Below are positions 13,933 to 26,949 of a stretch of 64,000 bases of DNA, one piece after another. Made by a program: the position numbers and the translations under genes. Numbering within the stretch: position 1 is the first letter of the stretch; every line of letters begins with the position of its first letter. This DNA is from the human T2T-CHM13v2.0 reference genome, Homo sapiens. The notes below the pieces were generated by a model. The model was not told the DNA's origin. It saw nothing but the letters and a program-made list of their open reading frames with translations, and made no database searches. The DNA is taken from NCBI RefSeq assembly GCF_009914755.1, contig NC_060926.1. One strand, written 5' to 3'.

Positions 13933-14021
13933 CCGGGGAGCCGGGATGGGGGTCACCGCCCCCGGGGAGCCGGGATGGGGGTCACCGCCCCCGGGGAGCC
14001 GGGATGGGGGTCACCGCCCCC
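13933..14021. repeat. 29-bp GC-rich tandem repeat, 3 copies
   Basis: ccggggagccgggatgggggtcaccgccc starting at 13933, 13962 and 13991. Confidence 0.95.
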
Positions 14022-14251
14022 GCCCCCGTGATGCCGAGCTGAAAAAGACAGTCTCCAAGTAGGATAATCCGTCACACTAGATGCATATAGCTTCATGCAA
14101 GAAGAGCGACTGTTGCGCTGTCTTCTACCCCCTTTGGCCGCGATCCCGTGACAATGCCGGCATCCGGGCACCAACTGGCTTTTGCGAACCGCTCTCCGCT
14201 CCCCGCCCGGATTCCGAAGCCCGGAGCCGTTTACAGTTTGAGGCGCCGTGT

Positions 14252-14771
14252 GCCGCCCCCTGGTGGCCGGAGGCCGTTACTGTCGCGGCTGAGGAGGCGT
14301 CCCGGTGTATCCGCAGCGCGCCCTGGCCGCCCCCTGGTGGCCGGAGGCCGTTACTGTCGCGGCTGAGGGGGCGTCCCGGTGTATCCGCAGCGCGCCCTGG
14401 CCGCCCTCTGGTGGCCGGAGGCCGTTACTGTCGCGGCTGAGGGGGCGTCCCGGTGTATCCGCAGCGCGCCCTGGCCGCCCCCTGGTGGCCGGAGGCCGTT
14501 ACTGTCGCGGCTGAGGGGGCGTCCCGGTGTATCCGCAGCGCGCCCTGGCTGCCCCCTGGTGGCCGGAGGCCGTTACTGTCGCGGCTGAAGGGGCGTGTCC
14601 CGGTGTATCCGCAGCGCGCCCTGGCTGCCCCCTGGTGGCCGGAGGCCGTTACTGTCGCGGCTGAGGGGGCGTCCCGGTGTATCCGCAGCGCGCCCTGGCT
14701 GCCCCTTGGTGGCCGGAGGCCGTTACTGTCGCGGCTGAGGGGGCGTCCCGGTGTATCCGCAGCGCGCCCTG
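14252..14771 (-). repeat. 74-bp minisatellite, 7 copies, each with a CTCF core motif on the minus strand
   Basis: Units start at 14252, 14326, 14400, 14474, 14548, 14624 and 14698. Each begins GC(C/T)GCCCCCTGGTGGCC (reverse complement GGCCACCAGGGGGC(G/A)GC), with single-base variants in copies 3 and 7. Confidence 0.95.
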
Positions 14772-15149
14772 TCCCGCCATATACATTCCGTGCTTTTCAA
14801 ACACCCGCCGTGGGCTAAGCATGGGACCCACGTGGGGCGGGGACACACGGCGATAAAGAGCCAGGCCCTCGCTGCCAAGGAGCTTTCCCGTAACACCGAT
14901 GCGTCAAACAAAAGGTAGTAAAAGTGCCTGGGTTTTTGCGTTGAAATATCTTTCCCTTCAACTCCCCACAAGGTGCTTTTACTCCCCGTCATCACCACCG
15001 CCTGCCAGAGGCAGTAAACTTGGGTCCAGCGGGCCCCTGTCAAGCTGCATAACCACACAGTGAGAGGCTGTCTAGAGAAAGGCGTTTGTTCAGGAGCAGA
15101 GCGTTGCAACGGTAACACGCATGTCATAGTAAACTGTGCATATTCGAGG

Positions 15150-15828
<679 letters not shown>

Positions 15829-16100
15829 AACTTCCACACCACCTAGCACTTTATCTCCAACCCTCGGGGACAGCTGGTCTTGTAGACTCTGGCAATTCTA
15901 GACAATAACCTCACAGACAAACCATGATTACTCATTTCCCTGGGGCATGGCTGCTCTCAGCCCTTCAACATCCCCAGTCCTACTTATTTGCTTATCTCCT
16001 GGCCAGGCAAACCTCCTTTCCCCATGAAGTCCTTCCATGCCTGCTCCAAACCCACATGGCCTCTTTATTCTCAGGACTTCTCTCTACCATTATTTTTTTC

Positions 16101-16134
<34 letters not shown>

Positions 16135-16448
16135 TTATTTTCCAAGTAGACGTGAAGTTCCCCGATGGCTGAGGCTGTGTTACACCAATTTTCTACCCAT
16201 CCTTCCTTCTTAAATTATGTCCCAGAGCTCCCAAGTTTCTCTTTTATTATGTACAGAAACTGCCTTCTTCCTTTCAAATATTGGGGCTACACTTAGGCCT
16301 CATCAACATATTCCCTCATCAGAGATGGGAAGTAGTTAAGTCAGGATAGGCTAAGTTATTGGCAGTAACAATCCTCAATCTCTGTGGGTTAAAATAACAA
16401 GGTTTATTTCTTCCTGATGTTTCACAACTACCGTGAATCACTTAAGGA

Positions 16449-16616
16449 TAGGGTTGCCAGATTTAGCAAAGAAAAATACAAGACATTCAAATTTGAATTT
16501 CAGATAATCGGCGAATTTTTTAGTATAGGTATGTCTCAAATGTTGCATACTAAAAATTATTATTTTTTCCTAAAATTCGGGTGTAACTGGCCATCCTGTA
16601 TTTGAGCTGACAATCT
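16449..16616. mobile_element. MER53-like hAT MITE
   Basis: Starts tagggttgccagatttagcaaa; partially palindromic; ends ctgacaatct. Confidence 0.7.
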
Positions 16617-17547
16617 TGCTGAGGGGTCTGCTCCGTCTCCTCACTCAGGACTCAGGCTAACGGTGCCTCCACTCGTCAATATCCCAGAAGAGAGAAAGGG
16701 GATGTGGTAATTTGCACACTGGCTCTTGGAGTGTTTTTGGATGGAGTAATCTACAACACTTCCAATCGCATGTCTTTGGTCAAGGCTAGCCAGGAGGCCA
16801 TTCCTAACCTGGAAGGGGTGGGGAAATGAAGTCCTACCCTGTGCTCAGAAGAAGTGAGCACTAGGTTATTGGTAAACAGCCCAAATCACTACCATGGTTA
16901 GAGGTATTTCCATAACTGCTGTTAGGAAAAACTGATTTCTCCATCTTATTAAAAGAAATTAGAGGTGAGGGTGGGGGTGAAGGCAAAAGAAAAAAACCAG
17001 AAATTTGTATTAAGCATAATCTTTTTCCTTGTAATTTCTATCTAGTGGTTAACCATTGCTTTCTAGTGAGCAGAAAAAAGCTTTCCATACCCACTTAAAT
17101 ATGTGAAAATAAGTAAATGTTGCATTCCCTTATCTTTTCTTCTCAGGATTAGGTGCCTCCCCATTTTTTTTTTTTTACCACACTTTCCTCATACGATGTA
17201 GTTTCCAGAACTTTATTTACCATTGATAATATATACTAACTGAATTGTAGCAGGCTGTATTCACTAAGTGAGCCAAACCGCGCCCAGCCTCATTTTATTA
17301 TTATTTTGTGGTTCTAGATACAGACTAGACTCAAACATAGAAGAAAGCAATTTATTTTGAGATGGTGGCAAGTCAGGGGAGCCTCTAAGTCCTACTTGTT
17401 GGAGTTTTTTGGTTGCCCTGTGACCTCTCGCCTTTGGCTTCCTCATTAGATATTAAAGACATTGGCGGTAACACTGGAATGGATGTGAAGATGGGAGAGG
17501 TCTACCCATAGCCCATTCTACAGAGCAGAACTGAGGCTCAGATATTG

Positions 17548-18025
17548 AGGTAGATTAAAGATGGCTGCCAGTTCAATGCCACTTGTCCCGTTGAACTGTG
17601 AAGTCTTATCCCCCTCCTTGGGTCTGCACCAGCCTTGATGACTTGCTCACTACAATGTGGTAGAAGTGATGGTGCATGACTTCCAAGGTTAGATCAGAAG
17701 AAGCCTTGAAGTTCCTGCCTTGGTCTCTTGAAACAACTTACCGTGTAAGAAGTCTGACACCCTGAGACCGCCATGTTGGCACAGTTATGGGTGGATGCTC
17801 CAGTAGATGGATCCAGCTGAGCCCAGCCGTCCAGCCATTCCCACCCCCAAACCATGGGTGAAACTGTCTTGGACCCTCCAGTCCAGCCCACTCAACATCT
17901 AAATACCACAGACTGACCTCAGCTGATACCATCACCCAGTTAAAATGTGCCTGAAACTGACCCACAAAATCATGAGATAAACTAAAATGGTTGTTGTCCT
18001 AAGCCACTAAGATAATAGAGCAGAT
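17548..18025 (+). mobile_element. MaLR LTR (MLT1G/H-like)
   Basis: aaagatggctgcca start; cccacaaaatcatgagataa...aagccactaag end. Confidence 0.65.
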
Positions 18026-21000
18026 ATATATGCACTTAACACTCTCTCCTGGGGGTCTGCTTTTCCTTTCCCCATTTTGTGTTGCACGCCTGGTTGTTCT
18101 CACAGATTTCATGAGTGGGGAGGTGTGATGAGCCTGGGATATTCATCTTCAACAGAAACAATCCAGATAAACTCTTCATTCAAACAGGGTTTGGGCTGCA
18201 CTGCAATTTTGTTGTCAAATTGGATTTGGAGGTGCTCAGGTTTAGCAAGCACTTCCATGGGAAAGAGAACTCTGTTGGATGGTAATGTAAGAGGACTCTG
18301 TCTACAGAAATAAGGTGAGACAGCTCAGTGCAGTTTAACAATTGTGCCATGTGCTTAACTAATCTCTTTCTTACAGTTACTCTTTGAAGTGAGTATTGTT
18401 TCCATTATACAGACAAGTAAATTGAGGCCAGGCAGCACAAGCAGTAAGTGCCAGATGGGATTTCAAACCAGGCTTGTTTACCAGATAGGCTACCATGAGG
18501 TTAATGCCCAAGAGACAGACCTAAACATTCATTTTATAAATGAGAAGACTGAAGACCAGAGAGATTAAGTAGTTTTGCTGCTGTGCTCTATAACTAACCA
18601 CGCCTTTTCTGGCCAGTAGACTCCAGCCTGATCCTCAAGGCTCTCTGGAGTGTAGGCCAAAGCCATGCTGAGTGAGTGTCTTCGGGAGTGCTATTTTACG
18701 AGGGAAATAGAAGAGATGATATCTGTACTTCCATTTCTAGTATGTTCCCAGAGAAAGCAAGTCCCTGATCACCTTCTGTTTCATTCGTGGCAGAAGGCTG
18801 GGGACTGTGATTTGGTGGATGAACAGTTAGTACCTCCAAAATGCTGGATTGCTGTCATGTGCTTTTCTCTGGAGAGAGCATCCTCTCAAGAAAACATCCA
18901 TCCCTGTGATCTGGCAGAGGTCACAAAGATAGTTCCATCTTTGCTCCACAGCACGGAAAACGGGAGATATAGTAAATCAGTGGAGCTATTCTGGGATCAC
19001 AGGCTACTCAAAAGACCATTCCTGGCTTCTCTTGCATCTCTCAGGCTGCCTGGGCGCGGGACCCAAGTCAGCATCCATCAGCAGCAGGGGGAGTGGTGCA
19101 GAGGCTGGTGCGGAACGTTACGTATTTACAAATAGAACAAGGACCCGGTGTGACTTGGATAAAGAGAAGTCCAAATAGGGTCAGAAATTCTAAGTTGAAA
19201 TCACTCTGGAGATTAAGTATTTATGAAGCACTTTGTACCCACAAAATGAATTTGAATCATTTATCATCCAAACTCACAGTGTCATAGTAACATATAAGTA
19301 TCTGGGTTATGGCTAAGGACCCAAACTTGAACTACTACCTGTATAAAAAGGGGACATTTTTATGCACGTGGGTCCTGTTTTTAATGCTATTGTGGAGCAA
19401 AATCAAGAATTTTAAAAATAAATACCTGAGTCTTGATCCAGACCCATCATGACTGTGGAAACCTGTAATTCTCTCCTGTGACACTTCTGAAATGGTGGCT
19501 CTCCTGTCGCAGGCAGCAGTGAAAGGCGGATTCTTTCCGATGAATCTCTAATAACCCTCCCTTCTTTGTCTCACAACGTGGTGATTTGCCTTGTGTAGCT
19601 CTTTATGTTCTGAGATGAGCAGATGACAGATTGGGATGCTGGAGATTTTGAATGTGCACACGGCTGAGAAGACCACGCCAGTTGGCTTACATGCCGAATT
19701 CAAGGTGAAAACTGCTTTGGGTTGTGGTAGTTGAAGCTGTTTGCAAAATCAGGAGCTGACTGTGGCTCTGCTGGTTATCCAGAAGCCTCCAGGAAGTCAT
19801 AGTACATCTCATTTCTCCTCTGACTGTTCAAATGACCTCTTTCACAAAAATACTTCTCTACTTAATCTACCCTCTCTCCAATTGTCTAAAACCCCACTTT
19901 ACTTCTTAGAATTATTGACCATAGGATCTAAAAGGAATTGTATAGATTATTTCATCCAACCTTCTTATTTCATTAATGAGGAAACTGAGAGTCTAAAATG
20001 TTAAAATAAGACTAGAATACAAGTATTTCAAGTCTTCTTTCAATCTTGTAATGTTTGATTTTGTTAAACATGTATCCCATAGCTACATTGAATGCTTTTT
20101 ACTTTGGATTCTTCTCCATTCCCTAGTATGCCTTACTCAGGGCTCATTCATAGCACAGAAATGTCTGATCAGCAGTTGACTGGTAGTGGCTGCCTGGAGT
20201 GCTCTGCTTAGGAGGAGCCAGCGGAATAGATCTCACGGTTTCTCTCCAGATGTGACCTCTACTGAGATAACTTTGATCACCCTAGCTAAAAAGTGTCGTC
20301 TCTCCCCGATTCCCTTAGGCACACATTATCCCCTTTCCTTACCTAATTGTACTCCTATCACCTCTCATTAACTAAAATTATTTTTCTTGTGTATTGCCTT
20401 ATTTCCCCACGAGAATGTAAGTTCCAAGAGGGCAGGGACTTTGTTTGTCTCAACCACTGCAGGGTCTGCTGTGCTTATGAGAGTGCTGACATGTAGGAGT
20501 CACTCAATAAATAACTGTGGAATAGATGGCCAAATGCTGCCATTGATTAGTGATGTCTGCCGTGGGCAATGGAGAGACAAATTACTGGGGTCAACGCAAA
20601 GCTTTTGTCACCGGTGGTTATTGGCCAACCAACCAATCCCAGATGCAAGACTGGTTTCCTTTTGACATTCAATTTAATTCTGGGCCATTGTGGGATAACC
20701 AGTTATTAGATACTCTGGAAGGAAGAATTCCCTGAATCACTAGTTAGGCAACTTAAAAGAAGAAAGGCACATTTTCTGCTATCTCTTCTCCTCATTGTCT
20801 TATTCATCATGACACTTCTACAACGTTGCAGAATTCTTAGCACATAGTAGGCGCACAATAAATATTTATTCACTGATAATTTGTGCTTTCTCAATGTCAT
20901 TTTAAGAGGATTTTGTAAAACTTTCCTGCTAATCTGAAAGAGCTGCACCACAGAACACAGTATATAGCTCAAAGTACACAGTACGTATTGGTGTGCCTGA

Positions 21001-21056
21001 TTGAGACTCAGGTGTACAAAGCCATGAGCAAAGTTCAGGTAAATATCCAAATTAAA

Positions 21057-21168
21057 CTGTTCTAAAGTAGGTTGAGCAGCATCCTTTACCTTAGCCCTGA
21101 ATATTGGCTGTTCTTAAAGTAGGTTGAGCAGCTTCCATTACCTTAGCCCTGAATATTGGCTGTTCTTA
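21057..21168. repeat. ~52-bp tandem duplication, about 2.2 copies
   Basis: ctgttct(t)aaagtaggttgagcagc...ttaccttagccctgaatattgg at 21057 and 21108, partial copy at 21160. Confidence 0.9.
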
Positions 21169-23685
21169 TCCATCTTCTCCTTGAAGTCAATATTTGAAAT
21201 AGGCTTTTGTGAGGCAGGAGAGGCTTAAGAAAAGTAAAAAAACCAAAGAGGGATTTAGTGCTTAAATATATTTATGAATTCATCTCAATTTCTCTTCATC
21301 TCTTTTTAAAGAGCTGTGGTATATGTGAAAACGTTTGTAGCAGGTAGAGGTTTTTGAAAATTGGCTCATTTTTAACCCAGTCGATACTGTTGTTTCATGT
21401 CAAAAGCAGGATATGATGCAGTGCCCTGATAGATCTGATTTACTGTTCTCTAGGACTCTGGGGTTGTATACCATCTATACTCTCCCAAATTTGATGGTGT
21501 CAATATGACCTAACGTTTAATTATTTGCATAGCCTATTTAAAATTAAAATAGCAACAGGCTCTGAGTTCTTTTCAAGCTTTAATACACTCTCCCTTTAAA
21601 AATATATTTTTCATAAATTACTCTGCTGTCTGGCAGGCCATCCCATTCTTCAGTTCCTGTAATAAAAGGGGATGGTGTGATGTGGGTGTGAAACGCAGAG
21701 GAGAGCACCATGGTTAAACAAGAGCGGACACTGATCAAATCCATTAATCAAAGTGCCTTTTAAATCTCTGCAAGTTGAGAACTGTAGCATCCAGGGATTT
21801 GATTAAAGAGGAAATATAAAATGGCAGAAGAGGCCAATAGCTGCCTGGGCAGGTCACCTCTCAGAGCCCCTGATTAATGGAACGTGGCTTTCAATGGAAT
21901 TTGTTTTCTCTGAATCATCTTTTGGAGCTTATTTGCTAAGAAAAGGTGGATTTGAGCTGCAATATCTCCTTGTGGCTATTGGAAAAACACCAATACGGCA
22001 GAAACTTGAAAATCTCTTCAGGCTGGCCTCTTATGCCTTTTCCTCTTTGGATTATCCCAACTCCCCTGATTTCCACGTAACCCAAATAACTTCACAAGGG
22101 TAACATCACTGTCCAATTTCAGTGTTCTAAAGGCAAGGATTCCTAAGCACTATTGAAGCAGGTTTTTACCCTAGAGGTGAATACCTATTATCATCAGTGC
22201 CATTCAGTCGTTTGTTGGCTTGTTTGTTCATTATTTTATTTAATCCATTTATTCAGAAATACTTCTTGAACATTGATGTCTAAGCCCAAAATTATATGTC
22301 AGAAGAAAGGTGAAAAGCGTCCGTGCCTGTCCTCTAAGTGCCTTCAGTGTGGTGGAGAGAGGTCAAGAAACACCTGCTATAAAATACGGCGAGTTCTGGC
22401 TACCCTGGAGGCTATGCCCTGGAGGAATGATGGGAGCAAGTAGGAAGGAACTCTGAAACCTCTGGGGGGTGGTGTTGTGGAGTGTTCCCAGGGAGGTTCT
22501 CAATTGGAGAGGAGTTGGGAGGTTGGGCAGGGGGAGAGCCAGGGCGAGTGAAGGCACCTGCGCTGAGTAGAGGAGACAGAGCATAGAGTGCTTGGGAATG
22601 GCAAGTGCAGCCACAGTGTGGAGGATGCAGGGGCAAAGGTGTGGATAGGCCAGCAGGAGCCTGTGGGAGAGGACTTCTATTTCAGGGGGAGATGGGAAGC
22701 CATTCCAGGATTTTCAATGAGGAACATGCTAGAAAGACAGCTCCTGGGGCATTGTGGAGAATAGGTAAGAGTTGGAAAAGATTTGAGTGAGGGAGAAAAC
22801 TAGGAGCTGAGCCCAAATCTTGGAGAGAAATGGCTAGAGTATGAGCTAATAAGGGAAGTGGAAAAAGGAAATTTGAGATGTATTTGAGAAATCTACAGGA
22901 TCAATGTGAGGCAAGCCAAATCTGGCGAGAAGTAGGACTTCACCTGTGTTCAAGGTTGCATTTACTTTGGTTTGCTTACAAAACCTCAAATCAGCAAACT
23001 AATGCCATTTGTGGGATTAGAACAAAGACCTCCCACTGCCCTTCTTGTTTCTAGAGGTTTCCCATATTTTGCAGATGTTGGTAATCCACTTAAGTGACAT
23101 GCCCACCAGGCCAGAGAGGCTAAGAACTGTGAGTTTTATGGGCTTGGTTACATTAGCACCTAGAATCACTAATAGTTCCATGCAAGGCAGGTCACACTCC
23201 TCACACTAAAGTCTGAATTCTGGGTCTTGAAGTTCTGGATTGAACAATTTTTCTTTTCTCTCCATATGATTCTGGACCTGAACACTTCTTATCTATTTTG
23301 TGATCTTTCTCTGGGTAGGACTGGCCAAAGCTTATGATACAAAGCTTTGTATCATGAAGGGAAGAGTGTAGGTGGTCTCCCAGGCTGCTGGTTCAGGTGA
23401 ATGGGTACATGGTCGTGCCATTCATTCACCTTCATGGTAAACACAAAGAAGAGATAGGATTCGATAAGGTAAGAAACTTTAAGGTATGTGTGCTTGAGCT
23501 GTTTGTTGGACTCCAGAGAGGTTTAGGTCTGGAGTTGAAGTTTAGGTCTCCCTGGGATAGTAGTAGATATTTGAGATTTAAAAAAGATGTGGCAAAAACC
23601 ATCATTGTGTGTGAAGGATGGAGGATGTGTAGAACATCAGGACAGAGCCCTGTGAAACATTCATATTTAATCAGAGGAAGAGAAG

Positions 23686-24513
<828 letters not shown>

Positions 24514-24801
24514 TCAACTGTGTGAAAAGATACAAATTTCGGGTGTGCATTGGGCTCATAGGTCTATTTTGTGCTTAAAGTTGTTGTCCACGTGTGTTAT
24601 ATGCAGCACTTTCAGATAGAATAAATGAAGAAACACCCATTCTGATCACCAACATAGTTGTAATTAAAAATTTAGTTTTCTTATATTACAATGGTGACAA
24701 CTATTTATTGTAGGAAAAAAATTAGATTAGGATAAAGAAAAACCAAAAATATGTAAAAGAAATATCTTTGCTAATATTACTATTCAGTGAAACTGCTTTT
24801 A

Positions 24802-24881
24802 TTAGGTTGTTGCAAAAGTAATTGTGGCTTTTGCTATCACCTTCAATGGCAAAAACCACAATTACTTTTGCACCAACCTAA
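24802..24881. mobile_element. MADE1 (Hsmar1-derived 80-bp MITE)
   Basis: ttaggttgttgcaaaagtaattg...caattacttttgcaccaacctaa palindrome. Confidence 0.93.
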
Positions 24882-26949
24882 TTAAATCTCTGGTTCCTGT
24901 ATGCCCTTCCTTGCTCTTTTATTCTGTCTCTTCCACATTTACATATTCACACGTATATTTACACGTTCACACGTATGTATAATAAATAAACGGGATCGCA
25001 TTGCTGTGTAACCTGCTTTTTCAATCTAATGAACGCGTTCTATGCCAATACATATTTATCCATAGAATAATTTTTAAAATGGCTATAACCAATCTCCTAT
25101 TGTTGGACATTTAGGTTGCTACTATAAATAACATTGTAAGGACTATCTTTATGGCCACAAATTAATTCTTATTCTTAATTAGTTGCTTGGGTTAACTTCC
25201 TTAAAGTAGAATTGTAGAATCAAAAAGCATTCACATTTTTAAGAAAGCATCGTTAATATCCAACTGTTTGTATGTTATATATATGCAATACTGAGAGATA
25301 GGCTTTAAGGCAGGCTTTGTTAACTTAGGTAATTGTTGAATTAGGTTATTGACTAATCCATTACCATTTTATTGAGACCTATATGCAGCTCACTATGCAT
25401 ATTTAGGTAACATGAATACTAAAATATTTAGAGCAAATTCTGATGGCAACTTTTAGTTATTTTATATCAAGGAAGTGACTAGAATCCATAACTGGTGAGG
25501 CCAAGAGAATAATCTCTCTTAAAGGCTATTTTAGATATTTTTCTGTTATCCATATGCTGCACTTATTTGTGCTAAGTTCTTAGTATTTACTTGCTCGCTT
25601 GTTCAATGTTCTGTCTTAAGGTACTGAATTTTTCTTAAATATTTTCGTTGGAAGATTTTATTGCTTGCTAGTTGCCTGCTTTTCTACAGATGAGAAATGC
25701 CACTGTGAGGTCTGTCTTCTCCCTTTCTAGGTAGAAGTTCTGTGCTCCCTGAGGTGATGAGTACTTTTGGGTACCATGATGGCTGAGGAGCACTTTAAAT
25801 CTCTTCTGGTGGGAAGAGCTCCATCTAGGTGGTAATCTGAGCTGAAAATGGATCCTTCACTTAGTAGTATTGCGGTGATTCCCATGCAGGGCTGAGCACA
25901 TGACTGCTTACCCACCTCATTCATCCATGCAGTAAATAGTTATCAAGGATCGGCTATGTGTTGGGCACTGATTGATGACACTTGGGAGCAAAACAGACAG
26001 CACCTCTGTCCATGCGGGGCTTTCGTTCTTGCAGGGGGCTCAGAATAAAAAAAAAATCAAGATTGTATTACATGATTATAAGTGTCATGGTGGCAATAGA
26101 ACATATTCATATAATACGTGTGACCGGGGTAGTGGTAGGAGACTGTGTCACTGGATTGGTTGAGGAGTTAATGTTTGAGCTGAGAACTGAATAACAGTTA
26201 AGAAGTAGCCAGTCTTGGGAAGATCTGAGGAAATGATACTTAGCGGAGAAGAATGTAAATGTAGAACCCCTGAAGAGGACTAAGTTGGGTATGTTTGAGC
26301 CACAGAAAGAGGGCCAGTGGGTCATTTTGAACACACAGAGGGTGGTTAGAGATGAGCTGCAGGCAGGTGGGGAAAGATGATGTGGAGTCTGTAGGCCACA
26401 GCAAGGAAAACTGGATACATTCAAAGTGTGATGAGAAGCTTTAGTGTGTTTTAAGCCAGAGAGTGACATGACTGTTTTACATTTAGAAAAGTTTGTGGGA
26501 AATGGATCCCTAGTTTAGCCAGGAAATTGCCTGTTAGGAAATCAATAAGGAATTTTTAGAATATGAGAACACTAAAACCGTGCTGAATTCTTCTGAAAGG
26601 CTAAGTTAGATGAGGGCAGAAAATCATCCTCTGGGTTCAGCAGGGTGGAAGCCATTGAGGACTTGGGTAAGAGGGTCTTCATTTCAGAAACGATGATGGA
26701 AAACTGAGTAGAGTGGGCTGAGGAGAGAATGGCGATCTGGGGGAAAACTGAGATGAAGAAACTCTGGGCCTGGGTCAGCCACACAGCTAAGGCTAGAAGC
26801 AAGGCGAGGTGGTGAAAAAGGGACCAAGGGAAACTACATACTGAGCAAGGCAACCTCCAGCGCCCTTGGCTTTCTCAGCAGTCACAATACTGGCAGCCAT
26901 CCCTATGTGTGCAAGGCAGGAGTCTGGGGGACTTCTGTCTGGAGAAACT

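Larger units (their letters stand above)
13850..14910. promoter_or_regulatory. Orphan CpG island, putative promoter or insulator
   Basis: Very high GC and CpG density against CpG-depleted flanks; CACGTG E-box at 14829-14834 overlapping GC box GGGGCGGGG at 14834-14842. Confidence 0.85.

Noticed and set aside
14252-14771. CRISPR-like array
   Set aside because: Units are contiguous with no unique spacers, there are no cas genes, and the context is primate DNA.
13933-14771. Subtelomeric TAR1/TERRA 61-29-37 promoter repeats (29-bp unit; 74 = 2 x 37)
   Set aside because: Only the unit lengths and CTCF content are similar; the sequences differ from what I recall and there are no telomeric TTAGGG arrays.
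14081-14818. Overlapping ORFs with repeated peptides (WWPEAVTVAAEGASRCIRSAP)
   Set aside because: Artefact of a GC-rich 74-bp repeat whose period is not a multiple of 3; no recognisable protein or splice structure.
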